A stretch of 64,000 bases of DNA from Spirochaetota bacterium (GTDB lineage Bacteria > Spirochaetota > UBA4802 > UBA5550). Made by a program: the position numbers and the translations under genes. This document shows, piece by piece, positions 48,901 through 58,017 of the stretch. Within the stretch, counting starts at the first letter, position 1. Each line of letters starts with the position of its first letter. The stretch covers positions 352,001-416,000 of the forward strand of contig OY760686.1 in assembly GCA_963663865.1 (NCBI GenBank), in the 5' to 3' direction. The notes under the pieces were generated by a model. It ran no database searches and was not told the origin of the DNA. It saw nothing but the letters and a program-made list of their open reading frames with translations.

Positions 48901-49230
48901 TTAAAAATCCCGTACAGCTGAATCTACCGTATCGTATGTTTTTATGACTGATGATACTTTTGTAAGTTCGAGTATGTTTATTATTTCCAGACAGGCACCC
49001 GCAATTCTCACCCGGCTTTTTAAAAGCTGGCTCAAGCTTAGAAAAATGCCTATTCCGGAGCTGGTTATCATGGAAACCGGGGAAAGATCAAGAACCAGCT
49101 TCGTAATCTGATTTTCGTTTACAGCATCAATCAGCTTTTCCTTAAGTTCCGGGATATCAAGGGTTTGAATCTCACGGGAAACTATTTTTATAATGTAAAG
49201 GCCTTTGCCCCTGTCGATTAGTTCAAGCAT
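48901..49230 (-). CDS. STAS-domain anti-sigma factor antagonist
   Basis: LVLDLS.V..ITSSGIG, ILELTK; RBS GGAGG. Confidence 0.85.
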   Translation of the reverse strand: MLELIDRGKGLYIIKIVSREIQTLDIPELKEKLIDAVNENQITKLVLDLSPVSMITSSGIGIFLSLSQLLKSRVRIAGACLEIINILELTKVSSVIKTYDTVDSAVRDF

Positions 49231-49270
49231 TGTTCCTCCCGAAAGATGGTGTTTTTGTTATTAACCGATA

Positions 49271-49546
49271 TTAGAACAGGTAATCCCCGTAAATTCTTCC
49301 AGTGTATTCTTCAATTGAAATGGACTGAATATTTCCATAAAACCGTATTAGACTTGGATTTGCTTTCAGTGCGTTCACGTAGGCTTCTGTTTCCTGCCTG
49401 GAATCGGTATTAAGAAGTACCTCAACCGTACCATCGGGAAGGTTCGAAGCTGCGCCATGAATTCCTGCGGCTCTTGCGTACATGGAGCAGTACCCTCTGC
49501 AGCATACACCCTGTACTCTGCCCCTCAATATTAGCTTTTTCGGCAT
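49271..49546 (-). CDS. acyP: Acylphosphatase
   Basis: GRVQGVCCR (phosphate loop Arg), SNLPDGTVEV (catalytic Asn). Confidence 0.85.
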   Translation of the reverse strand: MPKKLILRGRVQGVCCRGYCSMYARAAGIHGAASNLPDGTVEVLLNTDSRQETEAYVNALKANPSLIRFYGNIQSISIEEYTGRIYGDYLF

Positions 49547-49771
49547 AAATATCCCTGAATATTAAATGAAATATGATCAGAATACAATGAATATAAAGAA
49601 AGAGAAGATTTCAACGAGTAAAAAAAGAAAATTAAATTAGCTGCAATTATTTATTATTCCTGATTCAATTTTTAGAATAGAACAGTTTACAGTTAATAAT
49701 TGGTCAGGCAATTTAGAAAATAGCTTTACACGGGGTTGTTTGATGAAAAGAAATATTTTCAGAGTGAAAAA

Positions 49772-50209
49772 ATGAAGCATTCAATTCTATTGCTATTAAT
49801 AATACCGGAACTGCTTTTTGGCGGCGTTCTTTCATGCCGTACAGGCCTTGAGCGATATGCTCATGAGAGAATCGAAGGTTTTTATGAAGGCCGTCTGAGG
49901 GTCATAGGCAGATATAAGACAGATTATTATTCTGACAGTGAAAATAATGTAGAACATAAGATGCAGGAGCTCTTAAGGGCAAGGGCAGTAAAAATTATTA
50001 TTGGGCATATCCAGACGCATTATCAGAGCATTATTAATCCATCGGAGATTGAAAAAACAATTATCAGTGCGGTCGATTCCGGTAGAATTGTCTATATAGT
50101 TTCGCTGGGAGAGGATTTTGAAGGGGCTATGGATATTGACGTGAGCGAGGTTCTGAAAAGCCTTGAAGACCAATCAAGTTCAGTTTCGGAGTTAATAAAT
50201 GGTGGATAA
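49772..50209 (+). CDS. Hypothetical exported protein or lipoprotein
   Basis: Start at MKHSILLLLII...VLSC; overlaps the next gene. Confidence 0.6.
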   Translation: MKHSILLLLIIPELLFGGVLSCRTGLERYAHERIEGFYEGRLRVIGRYKTDYYSDSENNVEHKMQELLRARAVKIIIGHIQTHYQSIINPSEIEKTIISAVDSGRIVYIVSLGEDFEGAMDIDVSEVLKSLEDQSSSVSELINGG

Positions 50210-51044
50210 TACCCAAAACCGGAAAGTCATTACTGGTGACGGTTCAGTTTCTGTATATATGGGTGAATATGGCGAAACAATGCACACGACCTCGGGGGCA
50301 TACGAGGAGGCATACAGAAAGCATATTTTACCATCTGGGATTTTATCTGTAGAAAAGCCTGTGGTTAGAGTTCTTGATGTCGGTTTTGGGCTGGGTTATA
50401 ACACGCTTTGTCTAATCGAAGAGATGCGTAAGCTGAAACGAAAGACTGGTATTGAAATAGTCGGCCTTGAATACGACAGGTCATATTCTGATATTATCAA
50501 CAGTATATCCTTCAGTGATTCCAGAGAAACAATTTACAGAAGTATTAAGAGCTTATTCGTAGACGGTTATGTTGAGGATGATAACTGGTCGGCAGTGATT
50601 GTGTTTGAAGACGCGAGAAAGAGTGTTCATACTTTAGAAGGTCAGCTTTTTGACGCAGTATTTCACGATCCTTTTTCCCCTTCGAAGAATCCCGAACTAT
50701 GGACTGTAGAATTTTTCAGAAAGATTGCTTCTATGATGAATGATAACGCGGTCTTGACCACTTACTCAAGCGCTTTTCAGATAAGAAGGGCCATGTTTGA
50801 GGCTGGTCTCAATATAGGCAGGGCGCCGTCTTCCGGGCCTAAAAAGGAGGGGACAGCGGCGTCGAAATCCACACTGAAGGACCAGTTTGCTGAGCCTGAA
50901 ATTATTAGCCTGCTTTCTGAAATCAAGTCCACGCCCTACAGAGATACAGAGTTTTCGGATAGCAGAGAAAGCATTCTTGCCCGAAGGCTCGCGGAGATGG
51001 CGGAGCAAAGGGCTATAGCAGGTCTTCAAGCTCATCGAAAATAG
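50199..51044 (+). CDS. Stand-alone MnmD/MnmC-type tRNA mnm5s2U34 methyltransferase
   Basis: T.DGS.S....Y.E..H...GA.EEA, VLDVGFGLGYN, FHDPFSPSKNPELW, LTTYSSA, KKEGT. Confidence 0.82.
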   Translation: MVDNTQNRKVITGDGSVSVYMGEYGETMHTTSGAYEEAYRKHILPSGILSVEKPVVRVLDVGFGLGYNTLCLIEEMRKLKRKTGIEIVGLEYDRSYSDIINSISFSDSRETIYRSIKSLFVDGYVEDDNWSAVIVFEDARKSVHTLEGQLFDAVFHDPFSPSKNPELWTVEFFRKIASMMNDNAVLTTYSSAFQIRRAMFEAGLNIGRAPSSGPKKEGTAASKSTLKDQFAEPEIISLLSEIKSTPYRDTEFSDSRESILARRLAEMAEQRAIAGLQAHRK

Positions 51045-52800
51045 TTTTGTCAGCGGTGTCGTCCGCGGGGCTGTCCTGTCCGGTTCTTTCCTGTACGGCC
51101 TTTTCTATAACGGCCTTCTCTTCATCGTTGCTTTTTTCAAGGGAGCCGTATAGGTCACCTCCGGGTGAAAGCCTGTAGATAAAGGCGGCGGCATAGGCTG
51201 CAGTGTCGGCAAGGGCTTCATATATTTTTGTGCCTGCCATCTTCTTCTTGCCCTCAATGTTGTCTTCAAATTCAAGAACATCCTGCGGGTTCGAGATGTA
51301 CTTCTGTGACGTGTCCATGTCGTTGATGAGTTCCTGAAGAGCGGCAAGAAGCATAGCCATAAAGCTGTATACGGAATTTCTGGCGGTTTTAGCCGCAGAA
51401 ACCTTTCTGTCATTCAGCTCTTTAAGCCTTTGAGTGTAGGAGATGTATTGGCCGCTGTTAAGCGGTTTTTCGCCTTTGGCCTTTTCGTAATCCCTGTAGA
51501 TGTCCGAGTAGTCTTTAAGCGTATCCCACGGCTTACGCATCATGTTGTACATGTCCTGAAGTCTCTGTCTGAAGCCGGTTTTGTCGCCTCTTGAATAATC
51601 CGGATTAAAAGTAATTTTGTTTGTTGTTAGTATAAAAGAGTATTCTTTTTCAAATTCTGAAAAAAGAAGAAAACAGAGATAAACTTTGTCGGATATGTCG
51701 ATTCCTTCAAACTGTTTAGACCTGTCATACTCCTGCTTAAGAGATCTGTAATCGAGACGGTACATTAACTGCAGGCCGCGCTTTACATCGGGATCGAGCT
51801 GGTCTTCTTCTTCCACTGACTCGGAAGGTGAAACGGCGGGGTCAGGCGACTGAGATTCGGATTCCTGCTGCTTCAGTTGAGCGGTCCGTTTGCCTGGTTT
51901 TGCCTCTTCAGAGATGCCCAGGATGTCATAAACAAATTTTAAAATGAGTGGTGAAGTATTTCCTTCATACCGGCAGAGCAGCCAGAGGAGTTTTGGATAA
52001 AGCTTGTTGAAAATAATGAAGAGGTCTTTTTTGACCTTTTTTTTGTTTGAAGAGGATTCAGAACCTTTTTTCTTTTCGATGGAATCCAGAAAATTAAGGG
52101 CTTTAATGTATGAATTGAGTATCGTATTCTCATAGGGCTTTAGAACGGCAAGTTTTTTTAGTACCGTCATTAGCGGTTCTCTAAACTCGCTAAGCCGCTT
52201 TGGCACGTCAGGGAATTGCTGATAAGGTTCGACAATGCGGTCAATCAGCATTTTATCATAAACATCGCCGGTCATCTGCAGGAGTTCATAGAATAAAGGA
52301 TTTTGCTTATCCAGCCTGTTAATTACACGCCTTGATGTGTCAGTGTTTCGTACGAATACGTCCATGAAGATGATTTGAAGTTCCATCAAGGCTGGCTTAT
52401 ACACATTCAGAAAGTGATTGAGAAATACAGGATTAAGGTACTTTCCTCCTCCGCGGGCAATTTTCATAAACCGCAGGTGGAGGGAGATGCTGATTTTTTC
52501 CCAGAATCCGGCTTTGCCGGTTCCTGCCTGTTGCGTGGTCATTGTACTGTTGGCTTTACGTGAGGTTTTATCAGTATTCGCCTCGGCACGCTGCCGTCGC
52601 TGGTGCTCCTCAATTCGCCTCGTGTAGCTTGTCTGTTTATCGCGGTCAATTATCAGGGCCTTTCTACGGGTTTTTGAGGGAGATATTACCTCGCCGCCTG
52701 CGGACACAAAGTCATTGAAGAGTTTTTTTCTGCTCTCTTCATCTATCCTGTCAACACGGATATTCTCTTTCGTTTTATCGACTTCACCCATTGTAACCAA
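51013..52800 (-). CDS. Hypothetical all-alpha protein (595 aa)
   Basis: Long ORF without a recognisable motif; ATG 52791 is an alternative start. Confidence 0.75.
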   Translation of the reverse strand: MVTMGEVDKTKENIRVDRIDEESRKKLFNDFVSAGGEVISPSKTRRKALIIDRDKQTSYTRRIEEHQRRQRAEANTDKTSRKANSTMTTQQAGTGKAGFWEKISISLHLRFMKIARGGGKYLNPVFLNHFLNVYKPALMELQIIFMDVFVRNTDTSRRVINRLDKQNPLFYELLQMTGDVYDKMLIDRIVEPYQQFPDVPKRLSEFREPLMTVLKKLAVLKPYENTILNSYIKALNFLDSIEKKKGSESSSNKKKVKKDLFIIFNKLYPKLLWLLCRYEGNTSPLILKFVYDILGISEEAKPGKRTAQLKQQESESQSPDPAVSPSESVEEEDQLDPDVKRGLQLMYRLDYRSLKQEYDRSKQFEGIDISDKVYLCFLLFSEFEKEYSFILTTNKITFNPDYSRGDKTGFRQRLQDMYNMMRKPWDTLKDYSDIYRDYEKAKGEKPLNSGQYISYTQRLKELNDRKVSAAKTARNSVYSFMAMLLAALQELINDMDTSQKYISNPQDVLEFEDNIEGKKKMAGTKIYEALADTAAYAAAFIYRLSPGGDLYGSLEKSNDEEKAVIEKAVQERTGQDSPADDTADKTIFDELEDLL

Positions 52801-52943
52801 CTCTTAATGCAATATTACTCCAAGCTAAAAAAAACATCTTGTTGACTGTAAAAGTATCAGGCCCCGGGTTATCAACGCTGCAAAATCCAGGCAAATTCAT
52901 GCTCACATTAGAGGAGATAACCGTCAATCAAAGCCCATGTAAT

Positions 52944-52973
52944 AATTTAGGTAATTAATGCGCAGTGTGTCAA
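52944..52973 (-). promoter_or_regulatory. Possible sigma70 promoter for the 595-aa gene
   Basis: Minus strand TTGACA-N18-TAAATT. Confidence 0.3.
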
Positions 52974-53095
52974 TTAAATATGGAGTAATTAAAGGGGTTT
53001 TATTTTTTTTTGCAAACCCGCCCGGGCTGATTATTGTCTGGGAGAAATAATTCTCTTACAATAATCTGGAAGCAGTGGTTGTTTAATGTATTATT

Positions 53096-53758
53096 TTATC
53101 GGTGCCGTGATTCAATCCTTGCGTCCTTGATCGAATAGACCACAGAGGAAGACTTAACAAGCCTGCTGTCATGTGTAGCAGCGACGGTAGTAATTCCGCG
53201 TTCTTCTTTAAGGCGGATAAAAAGGTCAATAATATCTTTTGCCGTTTTGAGATCCAGATTGCCGGTGGGCTCATCGGCAAGAATAATTTTAGGCTTATTT
53301 ATAACAGCTCTTGCAATGGCAACTCTCTGTCTTTCTCCGCCGGACAGGGTTGCAGGAAGCTGGTTGATGATAGGGCGTATCCCCAGCAAATCTATTAATT
53401 CTTCAATTTCCTTTTTAATCTGTTTTCCGGAGTGTATGTTGAGAGACGCAGGATATAAAATGTTCTGATACGCCGTCATCTCCGGGAAGAGATTAAAAAA
53501 CTGAAAAACAAAGCCAATGGTCCGGTTTCTGAATCTTGCTCTCTTCAAATCGCCCCACCTGGAAATGTCTTTGCCCTCGTATAATACACTTCCGCACATG
53601 GGCTTTAAAAGCCCGGATACAATGCCAAGAAGAGTGCTTTTGCCGGAGCCTGATTTTCCGGTTATGGATATTAACTGGTTTTCGGCAATATCGAAGGAAA
53701 CGCTGTCGAGAATTGTTCTGTTACCGTACTTTACAGTGATGTCCTTAAGGTTAAACAT
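53096..53758 (-). CDS. ABC transporter ATP-binding protein (LolD/MacB family)
   Basis: GKSGSGKST, IGFVFQFFNL, LSGGERQRVAIARA, ADEPTGNLD. Confidence 0.92.
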   Translation of the reverse strand: MFNLKDITVKYGNRTILDSVSFDIAENQLISITGKSGSGKSTLLGIVSGLLKPMCGSVLYEGKDISRWGDLKRARFRNRTIGFVFQFFNLFPEMTAYQNILYPASLNIHSGKQIKKEIEELIDLLGIRPIINQLPATLSGGERQRVAIARAVINKPKIILADEPTGNLDLKTAKDIIDLFIRLKEERGITTVAATHDSRLVKSSSVVYSIKDARIESRHR

Positions 53759-53775
53759 AAAAAACTCCGGATGAA

Positions 53776-55065
53776 TTATTTCCCAATACTTTTAAACAGA
53801 TTTTTATTTGATGCAAACAGAGCAGGCAGAAAAGCTGATGCCATTGAGATTCCGATGGATAATATTGCCGCATAAACAAATAATCCTTCTGCCTGAGGTT
53901 TCAACACGATTTCCTTGAGAGAGGGAACCCATTCTCCTAATGTCGAAGAAAAGAAAGAGGTCAGCTTAAGCCCGGCAAAGTATCCGGCTGAGCCGTGGAC
54001 GGCGCCGATTAACGCGGCTTCAAACAGAAAGGACAGGACAATTCTGAATTTTGAAACTCCAATAACCCTTTTAAGGGAGATATCATAAGTACGGTTGTAC
54101 ACAATGACAAGGTAGGAATTGAAAATCGATATCACTGTCAGGAGCAGAAGAACAGCTCCAACGGCAATAGACATGCCGTCAATAATTGACATCGCCCTGT
54201 TGGTTTTATCAGAGACATCGCTTTGAGACTCAACATCAAGTCCAAGTTTCTTTATTCTCGCAGTTACCTCCGGAAGCTTCTTTATATCCTTAACCTCCGC
54301 GTAAAGTCTTATGTAAGAAAAGCCCGATCCGCCGCCTGGTCGTGATACTGAATTTTTCTTCTCGAATGAGGTAATGAAGTCCATGGGTACAATCAACCCC
54401 GGAACATCAAGGTCTCCCGTAACAGCATGAAGGGTTGCGCTTATTGGCAGACGTTTCTCGTCTTTGCTGTTTTCATTCTCTGTTGTGACAAGTATTGTTC
54501 CCGGAAGCCCCCGAAGGGTTTTGGGAGCGAACTGAGGCAGACCGATCTGTGAGGCATAGTTGTTGAGCAGTTGAAGGCCGAACTGAGGCAGTATTATCGG
54601 AAGTGGGTACCGGTCTGAGAATACCTTCCAGTTGTCGATCCTTCCGCGGAAGAAAGACCTGTCCGCGGCATAGACGGGTATTCGTCTTGTCTGAGATTTA
54701 CCCAGCATCGAGACCCTGAGGCGTGTAGTGTAGTTCATGACGGCAATACGCTGAACAGACGAAACTTCGCTCATATTGCGTACGGTATTATACTGCCTCC
54801 ATGAAATAATGTTACCTGAATGTTCGCCGTATGTGAAAGCACCCGTTTTCTTGGCCGCTGCCGGGTTAATAATTATTTCATTGATAGCGAGTTTGCCGAA
54901 AAGGTTCTCGCCAATGTATTGCTTGACTCCTTCGCGGAGAGAGATATATAGAACAGTGAAGGCTATCAGAAACATAATGCCGAAACTTGAAAAAAGGGCT
55001 TTAACTATGTTTCTGGAAATGTCATGTGCCGTAAAATATATATTTCTTAGGATGTATCGGATCAT
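53776..55065 (-). CDS. ABC transporter permease (MacB/FtsX-like)
   Basis: N-terminal TM, large periplasmic loop, ISIFN..L..V..RT.DI...R.IG, FLFEAALIG. Confidence 0.85.
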   Translation of the reverse strand: MIRYILRNIYFTAHDISRNIVKALFSSFGIMFLIAFTVLYISLREGVKQYIGENLFGKLAINEIIINPAAAKKTGAFTYGEHSGNIISWRQYNTVRNMSEVSSVQRIAVMNYTTRLRVSMLGKSQTRRIPVYAADRSFFRGRIDNWKVFSDRYPLPIILPQFGLQLLNNYASQIGLPQFAPKTLRGLPGTILVTTENENSKDEKRLPISATLHAVTGDLDVPGLIVPMDFITSFEKKNSVSRPGGGSGFSYIRLYAEVKDIKKLPEVTARIKKLGLDVESQSDVSDKTNRAMSIIDGMSIAVGAVLLLLTVISIFNSYLVIVYNRTYDISLKRVIGVSKFRIVLSFLFEAALIGAVHGSAGYFAGLKLTSFFSSTLGEWVPSLKEIVLKPQAEGLFVYAAILSIGISMASAFLPALFASNKNLFKSIGK

Positions 55066-55297
55066 GGCTGTCTCCGTGGATGGGGCATTTTTGTCTCTTC
55101 TTTCCTTTCAAAGGAAGCCAATATAGAGAGCAGTCAACAATTTTTTAGAGTCAGATTTCGGCTTATTCGAGACTGGGCATTAGGACATTAAACTGAAGAG
55201 AAAATTGCTTGATTAAGATATTTTAAAGTAAAGAAATAAAGGATATAAATATCGTTATATATCAGTGCTGTCTGATATATCGAAAACAGGAGAAAAC

Positions 55298-57430
55298 ATG
55301 ACAGGTTTATCATATATATCACAGTTGCTAATCGTCACGCTGGGCCTTTTCGGCGGTGAGCCCGGTCCTAAGAAGCTTGTGATATCCAGCCCGGCTGAAA
55401 TATCACCTGATGTCATGCCGATTTCTGAAAAAATGATTCTTGAGTCGCAGAAGGACAGGGCTGATCATGTCAGAATCACTTCCCTGCCTGAGAATACCGT
55501 TCTCAGGCACAGAGAAAACTATTCTGAGTACCAGCTTGCACGGAAAAACGGAAGAACGCATAGCGTAATAACTGTCAATTCGGCGAACAGTTTTAAGCAA
55601 ATATTCACCTGTAGAGAAGATGGGATGTCAGGCCTATCGTTCAAAATTGACGGCTCAGGTCGGGACAGCGGGCTTTTTGTGTTCAGACTTACAGACTCGA
55701 TCGGAGGAAACACTGTTTACCATGAAGTATTCAAAGCGCATGGGGCTCCAGGGGGGACAGTTAGCTTTTATTTCACGCCGCAGCTTCAATCGGAGGACAG
55801 AAGCTACACTGCTGAGATAGAGGCATCAAAGCTTAATCCCGAAGCGGAGATATATGTTCGCTACTCGTATGGGAATACAAGCGGAGCAAGGCTCAGTTCG
55901 GGGTCAAAGTTTGTTCAAGGGTCGGCGCTTATGAGCATTCAGTACCTTGAAGAAGTTAAGTTTTACACAGAAACGTCTGGTGAGAGGAGCGAAGGTATTG
56001 ATGTCAGCACTGAGTATGTCCTGTTGAACGGAGTCAAGCCGGGTAGCAGCAGCATATCAAGAATGCTTTTGTATTCGGTGGATAAAGGCAGACCTGTTTA
56101 CGCCTGCGATATAAAGACGCTGACAGAGAGCGATGCGAACAAATCTCTTTGCGGAATGATGGGAATTATTTCAGGATATGCCTCAGGAGCATCCTTCCCC
56201 GGAATAGGGTCTGTTCAGGCTTCATCAGGCGACTCAGCAGGCGATGTTTTTATAACATGGAAAGCAGAATCGGATTCAGATTTCAGCTGTATTCTTTACA
56301 GGTCGTCATCTTTCGACGGACCTTATGAGGCGATTGGAAGCAGCACTTCTTCGAGTTATATAGACAGGTCGGCAGGCAGCGGAAAATGCTGGTGGTATAG
56401 GATTCAGCCGATACGGGGAAGTGTTTCGGGAAACCCGGCTGGCCCATTCCTGGGTTACGCCAATATTATCCCCAAAAAAACAATAACTCTCGATGGGATT
56501 ATATCAGAAAAAAATAAAAAACCATCCGTTCCGGAGTCGGAAATAGAAAGGCGCAGAGAAAAAAGGATGATTAGTTTTCTCAATGAGTACCTTTTCGGCA
56601 GCATAAAAATGAGAATACTCATGTTTACAGCCTCACCATACCTTTCCAGACCTGAAGCCATAATTGTGAAGGGGGATGATGACTTCACTCTGGACTTTAA
56701 CTCCCGGACTGTGCAGTTTAAAACTCCGGACCAGAGTGTTCTCGTGTTTCATTCAAAAAAGCTGTTTTCTTTGATTAATAAGGCATCTTCTCTCAATGAA
56801 GTGAAGGAAAAAATAACATTCGGACATAAGGGCAATTTTGCCTCGTTTGAAGCATCAGGCTGGCGTTCCGGGGGGCCTTCATTCAGCTATGTGGAAAAAA
56901 GTTCGGCTGTAATTAAAGTCCCTCTCAGGAAAAGGTACACAAGCCTGACCGGGGAAATAGAATTGATTCCTAACGGAAATCCACTGATTGCTGCCTCTTT
57001 TCTCTCTATCAGCATTAATGGCAGGGTTGTAGAGGACTTGCGGGTGTTCGGAAAGAACAGGATTCGATTTACTGTTAACGGCTTGGCCGATGAAGAAGCC
57101 CTTTTACTTGAGTTTGGCTTTGACAAAAAGGCTCTTGCCGCGGGGCACAAACCGGTAAAGGTTAGAACCCTTTCTCTTATAAGCACTTTAAATGATGAAC
57201 CTCTAATTAAACGGCTGATCGCCAACGGTTTTTTCTTCGGAATTCACGAGGGGTATATTCAGGAACCACAGGAGGGGGGAACTCTTAATCTGTTACCTGT
57301 AATAAAATCCGCGGGTCTTGTCACCCAGTTTTACAGGGATTCGAAAGAGTGGAGATCGGAAGCTCTGGTTTTTAGCTCCGGAGATAAAGAACTTGTTAAA
57401 AAGTTGAAAAAGATGAAGGAGGACAACTGA
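55298..57430 (+). CDS. Large exported multi-beta-sandwich protein with an FN3-like module
   Basis: ATG with AGGAG; hydrophobic N-terminus; V.ITW......Y.LYRS...DGPY..I......YID......W.YRI. Confidence 0.65.
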   Translation: MTGLSYISQLLIVTLGLFGGEPGPKKLVISSPAEISPDVMPISEKMILESQKDRADHVRITSLPENTVLRHRENYSEYQLARKNGRTHSVITVNSANSFKQIFTCREDGMSGLSFKIDGSGRDSGLFVFRLTDSIGGNTVYHEVFKAHGAPGGTVSFYFTPQLQSEDRSYTAEIEASKLNPEAEIYVRYSYGNTSGARLSSGSKFVQGSALMSIQYLEEVKFYTETSGERSEGIDVSTEYVLLNGVKPGSSSISRMLLYSVDKGRPVYACDIKTLTESDANKSLCGMMGIISGYASGASFPGIGSVQASSGDSAGDVFITWKAESDSDFSCILYRSSSFDGPYEAIGSSTSSSYIDRSAGSGKCWWYRIQPIRGSVSGNPAGPFLGYANIIPKKTITLDGIISEKNKKPSVPESEIERRREKRMISFLNEYLFGSIKMRILMFTASPYLSRPEAIIVKGDDDFTLDFNSRTVQFKTPDQSVLVFHSKKLFSLINKASSLNEVKEKITFGHKGNFASFEASGWRSGGPSFSYVEKSSAVIKVPLRKRYTSLTGEIELIPNGNPLIAASFLSISINGRVVEDLRVFGKNRIRFTVNGLADEEALLLEFGFDKKALAAGHKPVKVRTLSLISTLNDEPLIKRLIANGFFFGIHEGYIQEPQEGGTLNLLPVIKSAGLVTQFYRDSKEWRSEALVFSSGDKELVKKLKKMKEDN

Positions 57431-57441
57431 TCAACTTTTTC

Positions 57442-58017
57442 TTACCCGGCTGAAGAATATTTCTTTTGTCTGAAAATCCTGTAGTTGTAGAAAAGCCTTC
57501 CGAGACAGGCTGCCTGAACAGCGAATTTGGAAAGGGTCAAAGAAAAAACCGTTTTTACGGTCAGGTCAGACAAAAGACCTTTATTTATAATAAGAATGTG
57601 CATAGAGTTTTCAGCCCAGTCGAGCAGCATTCCAATAAAGGGAAGTGCCAGAAAGATATAATCAGTCCGGTTGGGAGAAAAGTCAGGGCTTTTTCTTTTA
57701 GCGTAGTGTGCTGTAGCTGTTGCAAAAAGCAGCGCCAGGAAAAAGGCAAGGAAAAAGTCTATACGCAGGACCCTGAAATAAAGATCTGTTCCTGTTCGGC
57801 CCCAGGTTTCCAGAATATGAGCAAAGCTTGATGAAGAATGCGCCAGAAGCAGGTTTATCGAATTAAGCCCTCCGGAGAAGTCCTGCTCAATCCTTGAAGT
57901 GAGAAAGAAGCCCGCAGCGGTTCCCGCGAGAGATGCTACCACGGCATGGAGAGAGGACATGTTGAGGTAAAGCCTTTTAAGATTCATTTTAACCTCATTC
58001 AGCGGCCGAATCGCCAA
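57442..58017 (-). CDS. Hypothetical membrane protein (~4 TM)
   Basis: Hydrophobic segments; DF.. and LLDWAEN motifs. Confidence 0.65.
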   Translation of the reverse strand: MAIRPLNEVKMNLKRLYLNMSSLHAVVASLAGTAAGFFLTSRIEQDFSGGLNSINLLLAHSSSSFAHILETWGRTGTDLYFRVLRIDFFLAFFLALLFATATAHYAKRKSPDFSPNRTDYIFLALPFIGMLLDWAENSMHILIINKGLLSDLTVKTVFSLTLSKFAVQAACLGRLFYNYRIFRQKKYSSAG

